From Eledone cirrhosa (taxonomy: Eukaryota): a stretch of 64,000 bases of DNA. This document shows, in pieces, positions 53,299 to 64,000 of this stretch (position 1 is the stretch's first letter; every line of letters starts with the position of its first letter). The stretch lies in assembly GCA_964016885.1 (NCBI GenBank), contig OZ024742.1:108190001-108254000 (forward strand). The letters run 5' to 3'. Below the pieces are notes generated by a model. That model worked only from the letters and a program-made list of their open reading frames with translations, was not told the DNA's origin and did not search any database. Both the position numbers and the translations under genes were made by a program.

Positions 53299-55409
53299 AT
53301 ATCTATATCTATATCTATATCTATATCTATATATCTCTCTCTATATATATATGTATGTATATGTGTATTTATGTATGTATGTGTGGATAGCTGGATGGAT
53401 GGATGCTTTTAACCTATCGGTTTACCTATTATTGAGTATATTTTACTGCTAAATCTAGTTGAATATGATATAGGCTTTCTGAGACGTATTATACGACATA
53501 ATATTTCATCCCAATAACCTTGTCTCTTCATCTTGATGTGTTGGGCGTAGATACAAACACTTAAAGCAGCTATTTAAAATATGTCGCACAAATATCAAAG
53601 TAGGTTAATTACCTATCAATTAGAAACTATCTTTGTAAATGTTTGGACGTTATAGGTCATGAGATTGTCGATATATGGCATCAACTTCAAATTATTTTCT
53701 CCATAATACGATAGAGACTTCACACTTTATCCAATGCGCGTTTGTCATAAACATCATGATTTATTCTAGTCATAATGATATGTCGATTTGGGTGGGTAAC
53801 TTCTCGTGAAATAGTGTAAATATACTCTTTTTACTCGATTGTTCTTTTAATGTTTTTACCGTTAGACTGTAGTCATGCTAGAGGTCTGCCATAAAGAGGA
53901 TTTAGACGATCATATTGACCAGTACTTATTTCTCAAGCATTGCTCTTATTTTATCGATCTGTACAAGCCGGATCTACATTGGTGTTATGTAAAAGAGAAG
54001 GAACTTGAAGATGGAAGGATTCCAGTACCAGGGATAGAAGCTGGACACAGTTTATTTAATTAGCAAAAATAATGGTTGAAGTTTGATATTAGGGAGCAGT
54101 TGAAATATCTCTTCGATAATATAGTCTTGTATATCTAACACAGTCCCATGTATTCTTTAATATTTCTAGTCTATTTGGTCGTCGAGCCTCCGAAGATTTG
54201 CTTAATCTAACTGTGACGACTATTTAACAAGAAGAAAAGAAAAATGTTAGTTCGAACGACTGTCATTCACCGTCCAATGCCAGGAACAGAAGGTTTAACA
54301 GAATGCATAACGATACTGGTAGCAGATTTACAGTAGTTTGTTTCACAATGTATTAATTTATCCTTCATTTACTCCTTCAAGAGAAATATCAAATCTAACA
54401 AATCATTTACTGTAACGCATTAATTCCTACGGTTATAATTAATTGGTGTTACACAAGATTGATGATCTGGCTTTATATCTCTCAAGCTATTAATTAGAGT
54501 TGCATGAGGTTAATCGTAGAAGAACACATACTTCCACACTATCATACATATTGTTGTAATTCGGTAATCAATAAAGTCCTCTGGGAACTAGCAAAGTCGT
54601 TAGAACGTCAGTTAGAATATCTCGCGGTATTCCTCTCTGCTCTCTGATTTCAAATTCAGCCAGTATTAACTTTGCCTTTCATCTTTCCGAGGTTGATAAA
54701 TAACTACAAGTCCATTACTAGGATCGCCTTTTCCTTTATATCCCTTTTTCGTTTCCGAACCCTCCCTCTCTCTCACTCTCTCTCTCCCACTCTCTCTCTT
54801 TCTCTGTATCTCCTTATCTGGAAAATATGGGCTCCATCAAGTTTAAAATTTCCAAGACACGGGGTGCGCCTGCTTTCAGTTCAAATCCCACCGAGGTCAA
54901 ATTTGCATTTCATCTTCCGAGGTCCAGTTCTGGGTCGATTCTTCTTCATTAACACTTCCTAACCCTCTTTCTCTCGCACTTTGTAAGACATCGGCTGTGT
55001 CCAAACGCAGAGATGGATGGATTCCGGCAGCTTTTAAAATACCCCAAACATGCCATATATGGCTCTGGTGTCTCTACGATCCCATCAGCAGTTTACGGTC
55101 CGTGGCATCGCACTCTATATCGTCTCTGATAATCTTCGATGAGATAACAGCAAGCTTCGGCCAAATTGAACCTGAAGCAATATAATTTCTAATATGAAGT
55201 TAATCAAAATTGGAAATCAATGAACATCGCAACACAGATTAGCTGGGAGAGTTCTGATTATGGAAGGAAAACCATTGATTTGTTATTGACTGTTTTATTT
55301 CGTTAACGATATTCAGTGTGTTTAAACAAGTACAAAATTGTATACACCAGACTCAAGAGAAATAGAATGCTTCATCGTACGTCCGTCCTGAAAATGGTAG
55401 AGGCATATA

Positions 55410-55600
55410 TATAACAAAGTAGGTGTGGTAAGATACCAGGTGGACCATAATGCACCAGAGCACTCGATACTAGGGTAGTAGAGTGGGTAATAGGAAAAGA
55501 GTCAGGACCCCGACGGGTGAGCTCCGGCCGTTTCGACAGCTAGATTCGGATCTAGCTGTTGAAACGGCCGGAGATCAGCCGTCGGGGTCCTGACTCTTTT

Positions 55601-55605
<5 letters not shown>
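55410..55605 (-). mobile_element. HHR-family 3' fragment ending in a near-perfect 116-bp hairpin (55490-55605)
   Basis: taggaaaagagtcaggaccccgacgg...ctagat-tcgg-atctag...ccgtcggggtcctgactcttttccta. Each arm has GAAA-cggc...ccg-TC. Confidence 0.75.
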
Positions 55606-55698
<93 letters not shown>

Positions 55699-55785
55699 TA
55701 TTAAAATTGATTGAAAAAAACTCTAATTATGGGAGTACAAACAAAATCAACAAAAGAAGTATTCTATGAAACCTCGCTTATATAT

Positions 55786-55868
55786 AGCTCTCCCTACCAT
55801 GGTTTCGTATGGGGAAGAATTCTTAACCACCAATAATTGAAGAATCCGCCACACTTTTCAGTGGAGCT
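55786..55868 (-). ncRNA. Decayed hammerhead motif with extended stem II
   Basis: agctcca CTGAAAA gtgtgg...ccatac GAAA ccatgg TA gggagagct. Palindromic stem III. Confidence 0.6.
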
Positions 55869-56514
55869 TAATTATTCAAGAGCTCAGAGAAATTGAACAA
55901 GATATAATACAAACTATTTCCTTTTTGAGGCAGCATGGTGGAATAAGAACGCACGTAATATTTCATTATTAAAATCTCCTAGGATATTAGGACTACTTGA
56001 CAGGCTTATAATGTCGCTAGAAATAGCAGCCGAGCTGTACCGGACGGTGTTTGTTATAATTTTAGATGCGTATAAATGATAATAAATAGATATACGCATA
56101 TATATGAATACTCGTTTGCCGTTAATCTTTCACATTGACTTAAATGAATTGCTTAAACCATTAATGTTGCCTGTACAAATGCTTCAGTACTCAGTTCTCT
56201 TGTCTTCAGGGACGCGTTTTTTGTGGTTTTATTTATTCTTTCTTGTATTTATTGTAGCCGCAAATGTTCACTGTATTTGGTCAATGCTTATTAGTAGGTT
56301 GCCAAGCAATAGCAACCGACGACTAAATACGCTGTTATTCTTTGCTCCGGGGAGACATCAGGCTAACTTCTCCATTGATCCTTTTAGATGCGTATAAGTG
56401 ATAATAAAGAGATGAATGAAAGAACTAAGCATCTCGCAAAACTTAGAACAAAAAATAACAATAAATTTGATATTTCGAGAAACACGAATATTTGATAAAT
56501 AAACGGCTGCTAGG

Positions 56515-56720
56515 TTTGTGGTTGAGCCTGTAGCAGTGGAGACCTTCCGGCGTTCTTGGCCCCCGAACCACATCACTGCTCAATGCTATCAGATCAGAGT
56601 TGACTTCTCCCAGATGTAACCTCCGCGAGGTGGAGTGGCTGTTCCAGCGCGTCTCGTTTCACTCGCCGTCCTCCTGAACAATGTCTTCTCCATCCTGTTG
56701 GCCGGGACCACCAGGCGGAT
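56515..56720 (+). mobile_element. CRE-like LINE extreme 3' fragment
   Basis: EPVAVET.GVLGP...REVEWLFQRVS..LAVL..NVFSILLAG (with frameshifts), homologous to 30120-30220 and 10300-10470. Confidence 0.7.
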
Positions 56721-56781
56721 GACATTTTAGTGTAGGAGTACGGTGGTAGTCTTCTGACTAAAAGGTTAATAATGCTGACAC

Positions 56782-56901
<120 letters not shown>

Positions 56902-57645
56902 ATTGCCTATCCTCTCAGCCAATAAAGCTTATAATAAAACAATAAACTTGAATTTGGATCGTTAATGCCTAAAGAAACATTTCGAAAATGGAAACACAAA
57001 TATTAGCTAAAATAAACATCAGAGGATCCATAATCTATTGTTTATGTCACAACTCATGAGATATTTGTGAGCTTTATTCGTGCTGGTGATCACAGAATTT
57101 AATGCGATATCACGTAGAGAAATGTAGAACGGAAGAAAATGAAAAGAAACATCATATCTTACTATCTCTATTTTACTTGTATCTTACTATTTGATGTAAT
57201 CGAACCCCTTAGACCCTACCCACATATCTGTATAGAAGATTATAGAAAATAAACATTATCAAAATATAACTACATTTTATACAATGCAAATATGTTTTTA
57301 TGAATTTGCGAAAACTATTATTTATTTAATAAATCTTACTACTCGTAAAATTGAAGCAAGCCAATCATTGCTAAACCTCCGATGAATGTTGCTTCCTGCT
57401 GCTAACAAATAGAATTGCAAAGCGTTACCTCAGAAGATGGAAAGGGAGATAAGCAGAAAGAACCAGCCAATATGCAAATATAAATACTTGATATATTTGT
57501 TTAAATATTTCTTAAGGCGTATAAGGTTTCCAAGAGCAATAACCCCCTCTTGAGCAAGGAATCTAATAAAAAAAAAATAACATTTGGCTTTCAGTCGAAA
57601 ACAGTGGCAACATGGCAGTATTCTTAAATGATGGGCAATGTTCTG

Positions 57646-57731
<86 letters not shown>

Positions 57732-58635
57732 TCCAGGTTATCAATAATGTAGTGATAATATATCGTCACGTTAGAGATGAACAGCGTACGTGTAGGTTTG
57801 CTCAACGAGTATAAATTATATTCCGGAGAAAATGTAGAAAAGATGAATATAAAATGAAAGTGCTTTTTTTTAAAAAGGAATTTATTAGGTATTGACATAT
57901 GTTTCTGTAACAGACGGAATACCTATGTATCGCTGCTTGCGTAATCATATAATGTTAGCAAGTATTCGATAGCAAATGTATAATCAGTTGTCACTCCTTC
58001 AGAGATATTGGATAAATTGGAAAAAGTCAGAAAAATTGAAGTATTTATATTAGTTGTAATAAAGGAAGAAGAGAGGGGATAGTATATAACAGATGGCAAT
58101 TCAATTTACTGGTAAACAAGTATATAAAGGGTTTCTAATGAGAATACAATGATTATATGGTTTATTTTATCTAAATAAGAATTTTTGGGAGTGCCTATTT
58201 TAATCTATACTTGACCAATTGAACAATGGACAGGGCTGGTCGTTTGGTGTAGTAGTATTAATTATAAAGTGTCAATTAAGGAAGAGGGAGATTTTTCACT
58301 GCTACTGAATAACAACAATGCTGGTAGCCTGCTGGTATATGCATTAGGGAATTAAATTAAGAAATCTCATTTTATCTATAGCAGTTTATATTAAATGGTA
58401 AAGAATAGAAGAGTTGATAGAATTAAGACTAATAGAGAATGTTAATATGTATTTTGACAATCAAACGGAGATGGAGACAGGCGTTCAATCCTGGTAGTGT
58501 TTGTAATATGAAAATGTTTTTACAGTATAAGGATCGCTCTATTCTGGTCCTTCAGGTTGAAGGATGGTGTAGCTGGTGTTAAGGGTTGCGTTCTATCGTC
58601 AATACAAAGTTTTATTGTTCTATCGTCAATACAAA

Positions 58636-60615
58636 GAATTATTGTTAGAGCAGACAAAACATCAAACGTATATACCATGGATGTGGACACTTACAATAAC
58701 TTCATCCGTAAGGAATTGCATAAAAAATACAAGAAAACTAATGAAGCTACACTAAAAAATATCAACAACTCGGCATGTGAAATTGTTAAAAAACTTTGTA
58801 TTGACGATAGAACGCAACCCTTAACACCAGCTACACCATCCTTCAACCTGAAGGACCACAAGGTAAACTTCGATACTGACCCTAAAATTAGACTTATATG
58901 CCGCTCTAAATCTGATATAGGCAAAATTAGCAGATATATACTAGACAGAATTATCCCCCAAGTTAAGGCTAAAGTAGATATTAAACTATGGGGTAACACC
59001 CATGAGGCTATAAGATGGTTTAATAGCATTACTGATAAGAAAAAAAATCAAAATTTATTCAGTTCGATATTGATGAATATTATTCCTCAATTTCACCTGA
59101 TACTCTACATGAAGCTCTTTCGTTCGCTAAGGCTAATTCCGACCTTACGGATGCTGAAATTAATATTATTATGGAAGCGAGGAAAACTATTGTTAAATTT
59201 GATGATAGCTACTGGGTTCGCAAAGATAGACCTTCTAATTTTTATATTACTATGGGTTCCAATGATTCGGCGGAAGTAACTGATCTTGTGGGAATTTATA
59301 TCACCCACAGACTACAAGGACAATTCAAGGATCTCCACGGTGGAATCTACCGTGACGATGCGCTCCTATTAGTTAAGCATATGAATAACCAGAATTTAGA
59401 AAGGATGCGTAAAAATATCAGAAAGCTTTTTAAGGAACTAGGATTAAATATTACATTTGAATATAACCTCAAAGAGGTTAATTTCCTTGATGTTACTTTG
59501 AATCTCAATACAGAAACGATTAAACCGTTCCATAAACTAAATGAGAACCTTAAATATGTAAATACGAGTTCTACCCACCCACCCTCTATTATTAAATCCA
59601 TCCCTAGAAATATTTCCCTTAGAATCTCCCGCCTGTCGTTCAACCAGCAAACCTTCAAAGAACATGCCGAATATTATGATGATGCACTTAGGAAGGCTGG
59701 ACACCTAGATAATATAGAGTATATAGTCGACGATCACCAGAACACCCAACATAAATCTCATAGAGGTAGAAATAGCATAGAATCACCACCATACATACAC
59801 TACCGCAATAGACACACTAATAGACGCACGCCACCAAACAGAAGGCGATGTAAAGAGTATATATGGTACAACCCGGTCTATAACAACTCTATTAAAACCA
59901 ATCTACCCTCACAAATCTTTCGATTAGTTAAAAAACACTTTCCAACATCACATAAATATAATAAAATCTTAAACCCTAACACTATTCGACTTTCATATTC
60001 AACCGCCCCTAATATTGAACAACATATAAAAAAGCTTAACGCAAAACGGTTGTATAAACGCCTTCCAACACATAACAATACACGTAAAACATCAGCTATA
60101 ACATCACAAAACAACAAAAAACATCCCGTCCTGCCTAAGCAACCTCATCAACCCATCCATGCCAATACAACAACGCAAAATTATAACTGTAACTGTGTCC
60201 AACCAGGAATGTGTCCGTTGAACAATCAGTGTCTTGAACGCAACATCATATACAAATGTACTATCGAATCGGATATCCAGAAGTGGTACTATGTGGGGTC
60301 TACAGCCACCTCCTTCAAATCTCGCCTTTATAGACATCGTTACTCGATAAAACATGAAAACCAGCGTTATGTAACAACACTCGTAGACAAGGCTTGGCAG
60401 CTGCGCGAAAATAACCAACAATTTAACCTAAAATGGGATATAATAGCACTACCCCTCCATATACCCACGGACAAGAATTTTGTAAATTGTGTAATATAGA
60501 ATTATTTTGTATTATGAAATCCAATAATATTTTATTAAATAACAGAATAGAGCGATCCTTATACTGTAACCATCGCTTAAAAACATTTTCATATTACAAA
60601 CACTACCAGGATTGA
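58636..60615 (+). pseudogene. Penelope-like pol (RT plus GIY-YIG), 5'-truncated, two frameshifts
   Basis: IIVRADKTSN, LKDHKVNF..P.IRLI...KSDIGKIS, ITMGSNDSAEVTDLVG, GIYRDDAL, VNFLDVTL, WYNPVY, CNC..CPL...C, IIY..YYVGST..FK.R, CKLC..E, CNHR. Frameshifts near the A-run at ~59040 and near 60445. Confidence 0.93.
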
Positions 60616-61091
60616 ACGCCTGTCTCCATCTCCGTTTGATTGTCAAAATACATATTAACATTCTCTATTAGTCTTAATTCTATCAACTCTTCTATTCTTT
60701 ACCATTTAATATAAACTGCTATAGATAAAATGAGATTTCTTAATTTAATTCCCTAATGCATATACCAGCAGGCTACCAGCATTGTTGTTATTCAGTAGCA
60801 GTGAAAATCTCCCTCTTCCTTAATTGACACTTTATAATTAATACTACTACACCAAACGACCAGCCCTGTCCATTGTTCAATTGGTCAAGTATAGATTAAA
60901 ATAGGCACTCCCAAAAATTCTTATTTAGATAAAATAAACCATATAATCATTGTATTCTCATTAGAAACCCTTTATATACTTGTTTACCAGTAAATTGAAT
61001 TGCCATCTGTTATATACTATCCCCTCTCTTCTTCCTTTATTACAACTAATATAAATACTTCAATTTTTCTGACTTTTTCCAATTTATCCAA

Positions 61092-61210
61092 TATCTCTGA
61101 AGGAGTGACAACTGATTATACATTTGCTATCGAATATTGCTAACATTATATGATTACGCAAGCAGCGATACATAGGTATTCCGTCTGTTACAGAAACATA
61201 TGTCAATACC
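61092..61210 (+). ncRNA. Atypical hammerhead-like motif in the PLE pseudo-LTR (inverted copy ~57888-58007)
   Basis: CTGAAGG a gtgaca...(~75 nt)...tgttac a GAAA catatg TC aatacc taataaa. Stem I is weak. Confidence 0.45.
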
Positions 61211-61253
61211 TAATAAATTCCTTTTAAAAAAAAAGCACTTTCATTTTATATTC

Positions 61254-61290
<37 letters not shown>

Positions 61291-61439
61291 AAGGCGGGTA
61301 AAATTCCCGAGATCCATGGACGAGTTCTCTCCAGCGGTCTCTGTCCCTCATTATCGCTGCCATATCCTGCATCTCCAACAGACCAGTGTCTGTCCTTAGG
61401 GCATCAACATGGACACACTAGAAGAGGAAGACCAAGGTT

Positions 61440-61532
<93 letters not shown>

Positions 61533-61677
61533 CGGGTAAAATTCCCGAGATCCATGGACGAGTTCTCTCCAGCGGTCTCTGTCCCTCATTATCGCTGCCA
61601 TATCCTGCATCTCCAACAGACCAGTGTCTGTCCTTAGGGCATCAACATGGACACACTAGAAGAGGAAGACCAAGGTT

Positions 61678-61683
<6 letters not shown>
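61291..61683 (-). mobile_element. Two identical ~153-bp RTE-like LINE 3' ends, each with a small 5' inversion, separated by (TA)n
   Basis: Minus strand VDALRTDTGLLEMQDMAAIMRDRDRWRELV; plus strand HGHTRRGRPRLTY. Units at 61291-61443 and 61529-61683. Confidence 0.75.
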
Positions 61684-61718
<35 letters not shown>

Positions 61719-61850
61719 CATTTTGTTTTGTTGAAAATCGGGCTAAGATCTGATATAATGAATCTCTAGACTTGGGATAGAATTTTACTTTTAATTTAAA
61801 ACTTATTTACAGATTTTTTTCTTAGGATATGTAATAGTCAGCATTATAGA

Positions 61851-63500
61851 GGTGCGTGGTTTAGTGGTTAAGGAGTTCGGCTCATTAATCAAAAGGATAT
61901 AAGTTCGATTCCCTCAAGCGCATTTTGCTCTTGAGGAAGATATTATATTTCATGTTCAACCACTCTATTACTCCGGCAGCACCTTCCACAACAGGTCTCG
62001 ATGAACGCAGTCATATACCTTTTCGAGAACTACAAAACAAATATATGCCTCCTGGCAATATTCCCACGATTTCTCGAAGGCCTGCCGCAGTGTTAATATT
62101 TGGTCGGCTGTGCTGCGTCCGGAGCGAAAACCGCACTGTTGATCAACTAGCTTGAGCTCGAAAATCTCCCTACATTTCTTTGCCAGACATTTAGCATAGA
62201 TTTTACCGGGGAGTCTTAACAAGGAGATCCTTCTGTATCTGGAACAATCTCTCTTGTGTCCCTTTTTAAAAATTTGGATTATCATTCCCGACTGCCATTG
62301 CTTAGGTTCCTTTTGAGAGATCTAGGCCACTTGGCACACACGAGTCAGCCAGAGAATATGTTCTCTATTTGAGGGTTTTAACATCTCGGACCGGATTTTT
62401 ATCTTCCCCCAAAGTCTTGCTCAATTTTGGATATACTCTTGTCTCGAAAAGGGATATGAACTCGTTGCTTGGGCCCTGCTGTGGGATGTTCTGCAGGAGT
62501 ATGGGATCGATAGTCAGCTTCTAGTTGCTCCGATATCTCTATACGAATGCCCGAGTATTTGTCTGGATAAATGGTGTTATATCGAAACCATTCAGTATGG
62601 GATTGGGACTCCGCCAAGGGTGAGTACTCTCATCTCTCTTGTTCATTATTTTCATGATCAGGACTGACATGCAAAGCCGGGTTGGATGTGGTGTCACGAC
62701 TGGTGGGTGTAGAATCGGCCGACTGGAATTTGCAGACATGGTGCATTTGCACTTGAGAGGTCTGATGCCGAATGCTGCATCGCTGGAACAAAAATCAGTA
62801 CTGCGGAAACTGAGACACACGTCTTCTCAAGTAAACTTGCGCAGTGCACTCTACAAGTGAATGAAGTTCCACTGAAGCATGTGGAGATGTTCAAGTATCT
62901 CAGGGCCGTGTTAAATAGTGGTGAAATTAAGTGCATAAATTGCAGGAGCTGATGCAGTGATGCGACAGCTTTAGCATTCCATAATCAGAAGAAGGGAGGT
63001 AGATGTAACAGCTAAACTCACTATCTTCAATTCGGTATTCGTGCCAACCCTTACCTTTGGTCATGAATCTTGGGTAATGACCGAAAGAATACGATCTCGA
63101 ATACAAGCAGCCAAAAAGAGGTTCTTCCGAGTTACTCAAGGTAGAGCCGCTACTTCTCTGAATTGAGAGATCACAGCTCCGATACTATGGGCTTGTGGTT
63201 AGAATGTCTTATGAAAGAATCACTCGACAGATTTTACGGGCAAAACCAACCGGCAGGAAATCTAGAGCAAGATGGTTGGATAACATCTACGAATTTGGCT
63301 GGTCACGCTTGGGGATCGAACCGGGTCAGTTGGAGACGGTTGTTTCTGGCAAGACCCGAAGGAAGGCGATTCAAACAAGCATCTTTGGCACATACTACGC
63401 CATACTGAATCTCCCTGAGAATTACGTATGAGGTACACATGTCTATGATTTACTTCTCAATCAAGACGTTAACGTAACCGTCGTGGGTCCAACAACAACA
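61851..63500 (+). mobile_element. SINE family B split by an RTE-like LINE insertion
   Basis: Head 61851-61965 and tail ~63385-63500 both align to the uninterrupted copy at 31432-31680. Confidence 0.6.
61968..63375. mobile_element. RTE-like LINE with inverted 5' part (61968-62400 minus; 62440-63375 plus)
   Basis: Minus: IFKKG..DC..YR.ISLL..PGKIYA...QCGFR.GRST.DQI. Plus: LEKGY...GLRQG..LS.LLF, FAD, FKYL, QLRYYG.VVRM, RWLDNI. Confidence 0.85.
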
Positions 63501-64000
63501 CAAGGTGAATAAGCCTCTATAGGAAACTGGAATCTGACGACCAGTCCACGATGTTACAAAAGTTTAATTTGACATTGTACTCAAATCCCACAGGTTATCT
63601 AATTAAAGATGATATCGATAACATCTACGATTGATGTCAAAAATAGAATATCTTAGATATAAATGTCTAATTGATACGTCTTAAAAATACAAAAAGAAGC
63701 AAATAAACGTAAAAGTAAAGAAACAAAATACTAAATTATTCTTAGTTCCATCATTAATGAAATATCTGAATTAAAGAAACCATTTTAGAAACACTGCATT
63801 GAATTGCATACAAGAAACAAAACATTTTGTTTTTAGTTGTATTTTGTTCAATTATCTGGTATATTTATAACTGACATTCTTTGGTAAATGAATTACTGTT
63901 GTCAATCTCTCACCATGATGGACTCTAGTTTAATATTTCTACAGACAGTTCTATGGCGTCTCCGTTTGCTAAAAACTTCTAACATTTCAAAAACTCTCTT

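Larger units (their letters stand above)
57725..61260 (+). mobile_element. Young Penelope-like element with a ~0.7-0.8 kb inverted pseudo-LTR
   Basis: 57838-58543 is a nearly identical reverse complement of 60543-61260. Both outer ends lie in (TA)n. Confidence 0.92.

Overview
AT-rich, microsatellite-dense eukaryotic DNA, most likely an octopus or other coleoid cephalopod (inferred from recognisable tRNA-derived SINE families and (TA)n/(CA)n density). I see no convincing host protein-coding gene. The window is a mosaic of decayed mobile elements: two R4/Dong-type RLE LINE fragments, RTE-like and CRE-like LINE fragments, a full-length Helitron (16414-24905) with a nested hAT/Buster transposon, an internally deleted mariner, SINEs, a 2.6-kb two-variant 20-bp minisatellite and four Penelope-like elements (PLEs). 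The main hidden layer, absent from the ORF track, is about 15 type I hammerhead ribozyme (HHR) motifs from roughly 9 unrelated sequence families. Almost all sit at the 3' ends of head-to-head fold-back insertions in (TA)n tracts. They include a non-coding 538-bp tandem HHR repeat (retrozyme-like, a candidate circular-RNA producer), compensatory U3-A8 catalytic-core variants, and a ~12-kb PLE whose multi-kb pseudo-LTR carries microsatellite cargo. All structures were read by eye and coordinates of degenerate ends are approximate.
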